Source: Aeromonadales bacterium
Lineage (GTDB): Bacteria > Pseudomonadota > Gammaproteobacteria > Enterobacterales > GCA-002770795
DNA: 57,698 nucleotides
Assembly (NCBI GenBank): GCA_011322365.1
Contig: DRNA01000005.1
Location: 1 to 57,698 of the forward strand
Reading direction: 5' to 3'
In this document: piece by piece, positions 29,580 to 38,531 of the stretch
How the letters are laid out: each line of letters starts with the position of its first letter
Position numbering within the stretch: position 1 is the stretch's first letter
Notes under the pieces: model-generated
Databases searched by the model: none
Seen by the model: only the letters and a program-made list of their open reading frames with translations
What the model was told of the DNA's origin: nothing
Made by a program: the position numbers and the translations under genes

Positions 29580-29864
29580 TTATTTTTTAATGCCAGGTTT
29601 ACCATAGCGCCACTTCAACTTATCAAAATCAACCTGAGCTGCCTCTTCTGAGGTCATGTTAATAATATTGTTGTTTGCACAAAAATCCTGATACGCTTCA
29701 AATGGCAGGGCTAACTCAACATAAATTTCTGGCTCACCGATCGCAAAATCAAATTCTATTATTTTATTATGACGTATGCCGGTAATACGAACATAGCGTT
29801 TATTGACATCAAACTTATTGCTGTTATTTTTATCTTCTGATTCTAAATTTGATATTGTGCTCAT
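29580..29864 (-). CDS. dmpK: Phenol hydroxylase assembly protein P0
   Basis: 94 aa. YVRITG...IIEFDFAIGEPEIYVELALPFEAYQDFC resembles DmpK. Confidence 0.8.
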   Translation of the reverse strand: MSTISNLESEDKNNSNKFDVNKRYVRITGIRHNKIIEFDFAIGEPEIYVELALPFEAYQDFCANNNIINMTSEEAAQVDFDKLKWRYGKPGIKK

Positions 29865-29883
29865 ATTTATTTTCTCGACCTGT

Positions 29884-30945
29884 TTAAGGTCTTATTAATA
29901 CCTTCATTGCATCGTCTGATTTATCAAAAAACATTCTATAGGCTTTATCAATATCAACCAGATCGAAATTATGGGTAAAATATTCTTCAGGATTTAAGAC
30001 ATTGCGTTCCATTAAACGTAAACCTTCCCACATAAACGGTTGTACATTAGCAAAACCATTCATGTGTAAGGTAATATCGCGTAAGAAGACATCTGCAAGG
30101 ACCAGATTAAATTCCTGATCACAAAAGACACCAATGGCAGCTATTGTTCCACCGGGACGAATAATATCCAACGCCATTTGTAAGGTTTCGGGATAACCAA
30201 CTACTTCAATAACTTTATCAAAACCCCGCCCATTACAATACGATAATGCCTGCTCCTTACAATCCGTATCATTGGCATTGATTGTTATTGCGCCCTTTTT
30301 AGCAGCCACATCCAGCCGATGTGCAACTTTGTCTATGGCAACAACAATTCCAGCAGCTGAGTTAATAGCAATATCCAGTGCCATCAGGCCCGTCGGGCCA
30401 CATCCAATTAAAGCGACATTTTCACCGGGTTTTATATCTGCCAGTTTGTTGGCTATTATGGCGGACGGTAAATTACAGGAAAGGGTAAGAGCCGCCGCAT
30501 CGGAAATTGCATCAGGGATTATCATGGCATGAGCATCAGCATGAGGTAAAATCAATGCTTCAGAGTGTGTACCATTGAGATCTCCAAATGGGATGCCAAA
30601 TCCATAAACAGCCTTTTGAGTGGTTTCACAATGTGCAGTTTGACCAACTTCACACATGTAACATTCACCACAGGAGCAGGAATAAGCCATTGATATTCTA
30701 TCACCGGGTTTAAACTTACTTACTCTCTTACCAGTTTCTCTTACAATACCGATTAATTCATGCCCTGTCTGTGAACGGCCTTTTTCCATAATGGGATCCA
30801 TCGCCCCTCTATAGAGATGTAAATCAGAACCACAAATAGAAGTTGCTGAGACTTCAACTAGAACCTCATGATCAGCTTTTAACTCAGGTTCATCCACATC
30901 AATTGTTTTTATATTTTCTTCACCAAAATAAACAGCGGCTTTCAT
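29884..30945 (-). CDS. Zinc-dependent alcohol dehydrogenase (MDR superfamily; resembles the glutathione-independent formaldehyde/aryl-alcohol dehydrogenase subgroup)
   Basis: 353 aa. Catalytic-Zn ligands (ICGSDLH, GHELIG), structural-Zn C-x2-C-x2-C-x7-C (CSCGECYMCEVGQTAHC) and NAD fold LIGCGPTG. Confidence 0.85.
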   Translation of the reverse strand: MKAAVYFGEENIKTIDVDEPELKADHEVLVEVSATSICGSDLHLYRGAMDPIMEKGRSQTGHELIGIVRETGKRVSKFKPGDRISMAYSCSCGECYMCEVGQTAHCETTQKAVYGFGIPFGDLNGTHSEALILPHADAHAMIIPDAISDAAALTLSCNLPSAIIANKLADIKPGENVALIGCGPTGLMALDIAINSAAGIVVAIDKVAHRLDVAAKKGAITINANDTDCKEQALSYCNGRGFDKVIEVVGYPETLQMALDIIRPGGTIAAIGVFCDQEFNLVLADVFLRDITLHMNGFANVQPFMWEGLRLMERNVLNPEEYFTHNFDLVDIDKAYRMFFDKSDDAMKVLIRP

Positions 30946-31113
30946 ATAACATCTCCTATTCTTATAATTGTGGCTTTTATTTTTATAGAGACTAAATCAG
31001 CTTACATAAGTGATTTTTCAATTATTTAATGAGTTAACGTATTTTTCTTTTCTAACCTTTCCGTAAGCCTCACCAGATTTTATATAATTGTACTTTAACT
31101 ATATAAGCTATCT

Positions 31114-31129
31114 AGCACTTTCTATGCCA
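31114..31129 (-). promoter_or_regulatory. Sigma-54 (-24/-12) promoter upstream of the ADH-dmpKLMNOP... string
   Basis: Minus strand reads TGGCATAGAAAGTGCT, with GG and GC at the exact canonical spacing. It lies 169 nt upstream of ATG 30945 in a 309-bp intergenic gap. Confidence 0.6.
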
Positions 31130-31183
31130 AAAGAATTAACCGTAATCTTAAGGCTCCAGACTAGCTCCACACGATAAAATTTG

Positions 31184-31197
31184 TTCAAATGACAAAA
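31184..31197. promoter_or_regulatory. Candidate enhancer (UAS) motif shared with the 39.9-kb promoter region
   Basis: TTCAAATGACAAAA is identical to 39959..39972. It is embedded in the dyad TTGTTCAAATGACAA and followed 20 bp later by TTGTTATTTCATCAA. Confidence 0.35.
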
Positions 31198-31254
31198 CAG
31201 TTGTTATTTCATCAATATTCTTCGCGAGTATTTAATTATTTATAATTGAAAACA

Positions 31255-32745
31255 TTACTGATAATCTCTTAATTGATCTATATCAAATTGTTCATCTGTC
31301 ACGTTTTCGGAACGGTTATCCCATTGAGGTGTCATAAAGAAATAATTTACTCTATGGTTAATTGCGTTATAAATAGTAATATGACGCCATTGAGAATCAC
31401 CGTCAAATGGGCGCCAGGCTCGACTATCATCCCATATTCTAAAAATATTGTCCCTCTGATCGGTCGTCCTCTCATACTGTGAATAATAGGTTTCCATATC
31501 AATATATAGAGTACGTTTCTTGTACTGATAACTACCACTTTTATCGATAATTTCTAATATCCAGACTGGCCTCAATTCAAGTTCCAACTCATCCCATTTG
31601 CACTTATCATTATTAAATTTACCGGAATTGTAAATATATCCAACTTCTGGTGAAGCCAGAATTAATTTCTCGCCAACAAGTTTGTATTCGAACTGAGAAC
31701 GATTCGTTTTTACCCAGTAACTGCGCCAGTCATCCCAGGTAACTTCTAATCCGGCCCACATGGGATCCTGTGCGTCTGCTCCTGAAAGTGTTCTTGTCCT
31801 TCTCATTGCTGGTAGGAAAACTTTGAAATCATCATGTTTTTTTCCATTTGCATATCGTTGTCTTATTCCAGCAAAGCCTCGTACATCATAGGGTTGATAA
31901 GCGTACACTGCCCCCCCTTCTACAAGCTCTTCCTTATCATCTACATCCCTCTCATCTCCAATCTGGGTTCTTCCATGATATTTTTGCCACCAGATAGCTG
32001 ATTTATATTTATAGTCAATATTTCCTTCCTGGCTACAGGATAAAGTTATCACAGGATCAAGAGCCAAAGTTTCAGTACCCACACCATAAGCTACAAATGA
32101 CCACATTAACTCAAGTCCATTTTCTGGTTTTATGTAGGGAATGGCAGCAGCGGTTTCAGAATTTAATAACATCGCTGTTCCATCAGGGTTTCTGAGGGTA
32201 TCTTCACTATCTGTATACGGTACTTTTTTATTATTAATCAGATTTCTAGTTGCAGCCAGAACACCTTTATTCTGATAGTAAGTATTTGTTGGTATAATAG
32301 ATGCCTGTTTTACAAACCCTTTTCCGGAAAGAATAGAATCGTATATTTCTTTTGGTAAATACTCTTTCAGCCAGGGCATACTATTAATATTGCTGGATGA
32401 TATGTGTAATCCCGGTTTCAATTGCCCAGGTAATTTGTATCTGGCAATTATATCGTAAGCATCATACCCCCTTAGATTCCGCCAGGCAGTTGCCAGTTTA
32501 ATTGCCTCTGGGTTTTCTAAGGCTTTAAGCCATCTCCTATGGTTTATATTTTGTGTACTCTGGCTAAACTTTTTCCAGTTATGCAGAAGTTTATTGCTTA
32601 CTTCAGCGCTATCAACATTGTTAACCATATAGAAAGCAAAAGATAAGCTTAAAACAAATCTTCCTGAGAAAGAAAAAGGAGCCCTGTAAAAAAGGCTCCC
32701 TTTGTTTGTTTGAGTTTCGTTACAACTCTTCTTAGTGACTAACAT
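31255..32745 (-). CDS. DUF1329-family (LolA-like) periplasmic/outer-membrane-associated protein, divergent subtype, copy 2 of a tandem pair
   Basis: 496 aa and collinear with the 32763..34190 paralogue: LKPGL.I...N......WLK.YLP.EIY, PT.TYY, DDFKVF.P..RRTR.L.G.DAQDP, W.DWR.YW.KT....FEYKLVGE..ILASPEVGYIY and the C-terminus F(D/I)(V/D)DQLRDYQ. Confidence 0.7.
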   Translation of the reverse strand: MLVTKKSCNETQTNKGSLFYRAPFSFSGRFVLSLSFAFYMVNNVDSAEVSNKLLHNWKKFSQSTQNINHRRWLKALENPEAIKLATAWRNLRGYDAYDIIARYKLPGQLKPGLHISSSNINSMPWLKEYLPKEIYDSILSGKGFVKQASIIPTNTYYQNKGVLAATRNLINNKKVPYTDSEDTLRNPDGTAMLLNSETAAAIPYIKPENGLELMWSFVAYGVGTETLALDPVITLSCSQEGNIDYKYKSAIWWQKYHGRTQIGDERDVDDKEELVEGGAVYAYQPYDVRGFAGIRQRYANGKKHDDFKVFLPAMRRTRTLSGADAQDPMWAGLEVTWDDWRSYWVKTNRSQFEYKLVGEKLILASPEVGYIYNSGKFNNDKCKWDELELELRPVWILEIIDKSGSYQYKKRTLYIDMETYYSQYERTTDQRDNIFRIWDDSRAWRPFDGDSQWRHITIYNAINHRVNYFFMTPQWDNRSENVTDEQFDIDQLRDYQ

Positions 32746-32762
32746 TACAGAATATCGAAAAA

Positions 32763-34190
32763 CTATTGATAATCGCGTAATTGGTCAACATCAAACATTT
32801 CATCAGTAATACGATCACCTCTATCATCCCAGTTAGGAGTCATAAACAAAGTTGACATTCGTTTTAAAATATAATTATTTACCATAACCGAACGCCACTG
32901 AGCATCACCTTCTGTTGGCCGCCATGCTCTACTATCTTCCCAGTTTCTGAAAGGATTTCCTCGAGGGTCCCAGGTCATGTGGTATTGCATATAGAAAAAT
33001 TCTTTATCTACCCAGGTTCTCCTTTTGGAGTACATGTATTTACCAGTTTTATCAATGATATCCAAAATCCAGACAGGTCTAAGTTCCATTTCCATAGATT
33101 TATAGTTACACTGATCTTTAGTGAGTACCGAAGAATCATAAATATAACCAACTTCGGGCGAAGCTAAAATAAAGGTTTCGCCTACAAGTTTATATTCAAA
33201 CTTATCAACATCGGTTTTCCCCCAATAGGCTCGCCAGTCATCCCATGTCAGCTCCTGACCGGATGCTATAGGATCCTGTGCATCGGAACCCGTTAATACA
33301 CGTGTACGACGTAAACTCGGAATGAACACTTTAAAATCATCATCTTTTCCAGCTTCTGGATAACGTTGTCTTACACCAGCCAGTCCTCTGATATCATAAG
33401 GCTCTTTAAAAAATACTGAACCACCCTCAATATAATCCTCTTTTCCTTCAACATCTCCAAATGGAGCAACATTCTGTCTATTGTGATAATGCCACCACCA
33501 TAAATCAGCTTTAAACTCACTATCTATTTTACTATCCTCTGTACATGCTCTCATGTGTATGGGTTCAAAATCCAGGGTGTCAGTATCTACAGAGTGAGCG
33601 ACATAGTCCCAGTTTAATTCCAGACCATTTTTTGGATGAAGAAAAGGAATTGATGTGGCACCAGGACCTGACATCAAGGCATATTTTCCATCAGGATAGA
33701 CAAGTTCACCTTTTTTATTAATTTGAAGTTTTATATTTTTGTCTTTTAACTCCTGCGTTCCTTTAAGATAACCTTTATGCATGTAATAAGTGTTAGTGGG
33801 CACTATGGTTATTTTCTCAATATGACTCCACTTCGAAGTAAGATGATTATATATTTCATTAGGTAAATAATCCTTTAACCATTTGTATTTATTCATGTTG
33901 TCTTTGGTAATAACCAAACCTGGCTTTAACTCAGCCGGAAGTTTCACTTTATCTAACAGATCATACGCATCATACCCTCTTAGATCCTTCCACTTTTTAG
34001 CAAGTGCTATGGCCTCAGGTTTAGAAATTTCAGCAACCCATTTTTTATAGTTAGGGTTATCAGATTTAGCAGCAAAAGCTTTCCATGCTTCAAGTGCTCT
34101 ATTTGTATCAGCAGCAGATACCTGATGTGTCAATGAGACAGCAAGTAAACTGAATACTCCTATGATAATTCTATGTTTCATAATGTTCAC
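32763..34190 (-). CDS. DUF1329-family (LolA-like) protein, divergent subtype, copy 1 of a tandem pair
   Basis: 475 aa with a clean signal peptide (..LTHQVSA-AD). Same architecture as above. Confidence 0.75.
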   Translation of the reverse strand: MNIMKHRIIIGVFSLLAVSLTHQVSAADTNRALEAWKAFAAKSDNPNYKKWVAEISKPEAIALAKKWKDLRGYDAYDLLDKVKLPAELKPGLVITKDNMNKYKWLKDYLPNEIYNHLTSKWSHIEKITIVPTNTYYMHKGYLKGTQELKDKNIKLQINKKGELVYPDGKYALMSGPGATSIPFLHPKNGLELNWDYVAHSVDTDTLDFEPIHMRACTEDSKIDSEFKADLWWWHYHNRQNVAPFGDVEGKEDYIEGGSVFFKEPYDIRGLAGVRQRYPEAGKDDDFKVFIPSLRRTRVLTGSDAQDPIASGQELTWDDWRAYWGKTDVDKFEYKLVGETFILASPEVGYIYDSSVLTKDQCNYKSMEMELRPVWILDIIDKTGKYMYSKRRTWVDKEFFYMQYHMTWDPRGNPFRNWEDSRAWRPTEGDAQWRSVMVNNYILKRMSTLFMTPNWDDRGDRITDEMFDVDQLRDYQ

Positions 34191-34211
34191 CTATTTTAGT
34201 TATCCTAAATA

Positions 34212-36167
34212 TTAATATTGGTATGTGACAGATAATTCGATAAAATCTTTATCATTGAATAATCCGATGGGAGCAACTTCCTTACGCCCTTTAAAATACT
34301 GGTATTCAAGACGTGGACGCCAGTGCTTTCCAAAATAATTAAAATCAATCCTTTGTCGATACGAAGTACCATTCGCATCCACATTTCTTATATATAACCC
34401 CTCTAAAACTAGACGTTGCGCATCGATAGGAGCACTCCACAAGAAAGTCACATAATTTTGATTGGAGTAAACTTCAGAAAGACCATAAGGAGCCTGAGCC
34501 ATTAAATGGTCGGCATTTTTAGTATGAATATTAAACCACTGAAAACTGGTAAAAATAGATTTTTGTTGACTATCCCAACCGGGTACCCATAAAGGATAAT
34601 CAAAGCCCAACATAATTGAAGTTACATCTCTTTTGGTTACCGCATCCGCAGGAGTCACAAAATTGGCAACAGCTCCCAACTCAGATTGACCAGGTACAAA
34701 AGGATTTCTCACCAGACTCCGATTAAAAGGTTTATCAAACTCATAAGATATTTCGGTGCGAAATGATGGTGAGGTATTTTTCGGTCCAAATGACATCAGA
34801 TCGCCCATATCACGAGTAAAACTGAGACCGATCACCTTTTGACGCATAGTATAATCGAGCTGCATATTGACCGTTACTGAACATTCGACCCCTGTTCCAC
34901 CAGGATCATTAACAGGATCATTACAGGCACCAGCCGTAAGGGCAGTTAAAGGGCTCGTAGTTAACGGGCCGGTTCCAGCTGCTCCACGCAGAAAAGGTAA
35001 ATAGCCGGAGGGGTTTCCAGGCGTGGCAACTATAGCGCCAGGGTCGGTTAAATCAGGAGCCCAGAGAGCAGCAAGAAGGGTTTGATGATCAACATCAACA
35101 TTAGCCGCAGATGCTGATGGATCATTAACCCCTGAACCTACATGTACCGTTGCTCCCTGCATCCTGGCAATTGGCAAGTCCTGGCGACCATAAAAGGCAT
35201 TAAGAGTCATAGTTCCACCTAGAGTTTCAAATTTCAATCTGGCTGAAACTTCAGGGTCTTTGAAAGAAAAATCACTGGTTTCGTTATCAATAAGTTTTGC
35301 TCCAAAAGCAACGGCACCTAAACCAGATTGATGTGGAAGACCAACGTCAACGATATCGGGCCATGGCAAACCGAAAAGTCCTCCATCTGAGCGATCAGAG
35401 GGCGTTGGATTATTTACAATTATTCTGCTGTGCCGTATCTCTGGCACAATATTAAGTTCTAGTACCGGACGATGAATACCTATAGCTTCAAAAGGTTTGG
35501 CTATACCCATCTTACTGAAATTAAAATCTGTGGAAATCATCCATGCAGGCAGACGGATCTCATCGGAGTCCTTAAAAACAAAACGTTCGCGCAGATCCTG
35601 AGCATGTAAAATATCTAGTAATCTTAATCCATCAGATTGTCCCCAACCTCGTTGAAATTTACCAATTTTTGCCGTAAATCTACGTTTTGGATCTCTATAT
35701 TTAAATGATAACTCCCGAATTATATCGTCGTTAAAATTGGAAAGAAGATCCATCTGATTATTGGGTGCACAAAACTGACGATTTGCCAAATCACAGACAC
35801 TGGTACCATGTTGAAAACTTCCACTAGGGAATGGAGGCCCTGCATGTAGATTTTTTAATCCACCTTTTTGATCAATATAATCAGGATCATTGGCCGTTCC
35901 TCTCAACCAGAAGTTACCGATAAATGTCATATTTCTATTCGCTCGATAACCCATTTTAATTTCACCGAGAAAGTTTGACGGGCCTTCAGTACTGGAACCG
36001 GCACCTTCGAGATCCGTCAATACAGAAACCCCTGCTTTTAAACGACCGTCCACAGTTAATCCTTTAACGCCCGTATCGATAGCTAGAGACATATCACTTA
36101 CTAAAAAGCAAATTAATGCAGTAAGACCTATTTTATAAATTTTCATTTTTTCCTCCGCGTGTTTCAT
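34212..36167 (-). CDS. DUF1302-family outer-membrane beta-barrel protein
   Basis: 651 aa with a signal peptide (the start may be M8, MKIYKIGLTALICFLV..). Alternating beta-strand pattern and an aromatic C-terminus (..SVTYQY). Paralogue of 48693..50657, in the same position relative to the RND and DUF1329 genes. Confidence 0.7.
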   Translation of the reverse strand: MKHAEEKMKIYKIGLTALICFLVSDMSLAIDTGVKGLTVDGRLKAGVSVLTDLEGAGSSTEGPSNFLGEIKMGYRANRNMTFIGNFWLRGTANDPDYIDQKGGLKNLHAGPPFPSGSFQHGTSVCDLANRQFCAPNNQMDLLSNFNDDIIRELSFKYRDPKRRFTAKIGKFQRGWGQSDGLRLLDILHAQDLRERFVFKDSDEIRLPAWMISTDFNFSKMGIAKPFEAIGIHRPVLELNIVPEIRHSRIIVNNPTPSDRSDGGLFGLPWPDIVDVGLPHQSGLGAVAFGAKLIDNETSDFSFKDPEVSARLKFETLGGTMTLNAFYGRQDLPIARMQGATVHVGSGVNDPSASAANVDVDHQTLLAALWAPDLTDPGAIVATPGNPSGYLPFLRGAAGTGPLTTSPLTALTAGACNDPVNDPGGTGVECSVTVNMQLDYTMRQKVIGLSFTRDMGDLMSFGPKNTSPSFRTEISYEFDKPFNRSLVRNPFVPGQSELGAVANFVTPADAVTKRDVTSIMLGFDYPLWVPGWDSQQKSIFTSFQWFNIHTKNADHLMAQAPYGLSEVYSNQNYVTFLWSAPIDAQRLVLEGLYIRNVDANGTSYRQRIDFNYFGKHWRPRLEYQYFKGRKEVAPIGLFNDKDFIELSVTYQY

Positions 36168-36185
36168 TATATTTTTACTCTTTTA

Positions 36186-38531
36186 TTACACTTTAATTTC
36201 ATTGTTATTTTCTGTTTTTGGAAATAGTGACCTAGGATTAAAAATGGATAAAGCTGCTGGAACAAATAATAAGGAGCCCAGCATATTCATGAATAAAACA
36301 ACACCGAGTAACAATCCCATTTCTGACTGAAACCTTAAAGGAGACATGAAAGCCCAGGGCAATAATGGCCCAATCATGGTAACCGCCGTTATAAAGATGG
36401 CATTACCTGCCGAAAGAAATGCATGATGAATAGCTTCCACCATATTACCCCCAGCTTTGGCTAATTCTTCCTTAATTCTATCGACCATATAAATACCATA
36501 ATCGACACCCAAACCCACACCTAATGCAGATAGTGGTAAAGTACTAACATTTAAACCAACACCTTTCCAGGCCATAAAGGCGTAGGTCAAAGCATTGGCA
36601 GTTGCCAAACTAAACAGGAGTATTAAACCAACCACCAGAGAACGATAGTAAATACCAATACTAACGGCAATGACCAAAACAATTGCTATCATGATCTTTA
36701 AATTAGATTCTGCAATTTCATGGTTTAAAGCTTCGGTTAAACCCACCTGACCTCCACTAAATAAGAAGTCTGCATCACTAACCAGTTCATTTTTATGGCT
36801 AAAGAATTCTTTCAGAGTTTTAGTTAGATTCCGTATAGTTGGTACGCTATGATCTTCGAGAAAAAAAGTAACGTTACCAATTTCCCATTCTTTATTAGTA
36901 AACGCAGCGAAGTCACCAGGTTCACCTCGAGATCTATACATATAAATATCAAAACCTATTTCTTCTTTGGTATCCGGTAAAATTTCATAAGAAGGATCAC
37001 CTTCATACAATACTGAATTAACCAGTTTAATAACCGGAACCAGACTTTGTGCAGGTCTTACTTCTAACATGTGTTCGTACATATATCGGTCAAGAGCTTC
37101 TGTTTGATGATAAACTTTAGGATCAAGCATCGTTTGCTTATTCCCTTCAATATAGACCTGCATCATATCCGTTCCCAGGAATGAGAAACGTGTATTTATA
37201 GACTCTGAATCGGAATTAAATCTTGAATCCTGCCATAAAATTGCACTCCCTTTAGTATCACCTATTGTTAAATTTGTTGCATAATATAAACCGACAGAAA
37301 ATAAAATAAGAGATACTATAACCATTATATATTTGTGATCTTCCATATTAATAACTGCAGACCAGATTTTATTTAATATGATTGATCCTGTTTTGTGTCT
37401 TCTTGGAGGTTTAAGCAAACAAAGAACTGAAGCAGCCAGAATTAATGCAGGAGCAATGGATAACAACCATAAACTGGAGATAATAGCCAAACCTTTTATG
37501 CTTGGAATTGCTACTAATCCTAAAACAGCAAAACCCGCAGCATCAGTAATAATAGCAGCGGTGCTCGGAATAAGTATTTTGCCTAAACCTTGAGAAGAAC
37601 ATCCTCTTAAATTTTTGATACTTTTATCTTGCTCACTGAAATTATCCAGTACACGGGTTGTCAACTGCACGCCATGAGAAAGTACAATGGCAAAAATAAA
37701 GCCTGGTAACAATACCAACAAAGGATCCAGGTTGTAACCCATCGCGCCCATAACGCCAAGACCCCATATGGTTGCTATGGTTGCTGTAAACATTGGAATG
37801 AAAACACCAATCCATGTTCTAAAATAAAGATATAGAATTAACGCGACTATGAATAAAGAAACTAGCATTATGGGTAAAACAGAAGAGAGTGATTTATATA
37901 TATATCCTAATAAAATAGGTCGACCAACAGCATGAATTGTGATTCCACTATCATTACTTTCATATTTTTTCTGTATATCCGTAACAAAATTCAATACTTT
38001 TTCAAAATCTGCTTCATCTTTAAAATCAGCAATGATCATTGCTGATGATTCATCATCTGAAACAAGAAAGCCCCTGTACTGATTATTGACTGAACGTCTG
38101 AACTTTTGCATTTCAGCTTCATTTGCTGGAATATTCGGCCATAAAATAGCATCAACTTCAACTTTGCCTCCTCCTCCAGAAATAGCTTTGGTTTTACGAA
38201 GTATAAGGGATTGGCTTAAATGTCTTTTTGTATCAGGATTATAAAAAACATCTTCAGCTATCTTCTTATAAGTTTTCAGAAAATCTTCAGAATAGATAGT
38301 TCCCCTTTGGTTTTTTACTTCTATCAGAGTAGTATTTGCTCCACCAAACTGTGCTCCAAAGCGCTTGAATAGCTCAACATTATTAGCGCCTTCAGGTAGC
38401 ATTTCCTCCAACACAACATTCAGAGACAGGCCTTTGTACGCGTAATAGCCCGGAATTAATGTAATTAATAATAAAATAGTGACTAACCAGCCGGCATGAC
38501 GGAAAATTAAACTTGTAATAGCCTTATTCAT
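36186..38531 (-). CDS. RND-superfamily permease of the COG1033/MMPL (HpnN-like) type
   Basis: The ORF track extends to 38546. I prefer ATG 38531, which gives the same ATGA stop/start overlap with the upstream BNR gene as in the paralogous module (53088..53091). Two 6-TM bundles with two large periplasmic loops. No membrane-fusion or TolC gene is adjacent. Confidence 0.85.
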   Translation of the reverse strand: MNKAITSLIFRHAGWLVTILLLITLIPGYYAYKGLSLNVVLEEMLPEGANNVELFKRFGAQFGGANTTLIEVKNQRGTIYSEDFLKTYKKIAEDVFYNPDTKRHLSQSLILRKTKAISGGGGKVEVDAILWPNIPANEAEMQKFRRSVNNQYRGFLVSDDESSAMIIADFKDEADFEKVLNFVTDIQKKYESNDSGITIHAVGRPILLGYIYKSLSSVLPIMLVSLFIVALILYLYFRTWIGVFIPMFTATIATIWGLGVMGAMGYNLDPLLVLLPGFIFAIVLSHGVQLTTRVLDNFSEQDKSIKNLRGCSSQGLGKILIPSTAAIITDAAGFAVLGLVAIPSIKGLAIISSLWLLSIAPALILAASVLCLLKPPRRHKTGSIILNKIWSAVINMEDHKYIMVIVSLILFSVGLYYATNLTIGDTKGSAILWQDSRFNSDSESINTRFSFLGTDMMQVYIEGNKQTMLDPKVYHQTEALDRYMYEHMLEVRPAQSLVPVIKLVNSVLYEGDPSYEILPDTKEEIGFDIYMYRSRGEPGDFAAFTNKEWEIGNVTFFLEDHSVPTIRNLTKTLKEFFSHKNELVSDADFLFSGGQVGLTEALNHEIAESNLKIMIAIVLVIAVSIGIYYRSLVVGLILLFSLATANALTYAFMAWKGVGLNVSTLPLSALGVGLGVDYGIYMVDRIKEELAKAGGNMVEAIHHAFLSAGNAIFITAVTMIGPLLPWAFMSPLRFQSEMGLLLGVVLFMNMLGSLLFVPAALSIFNPRSLFPKTENNNEIKV

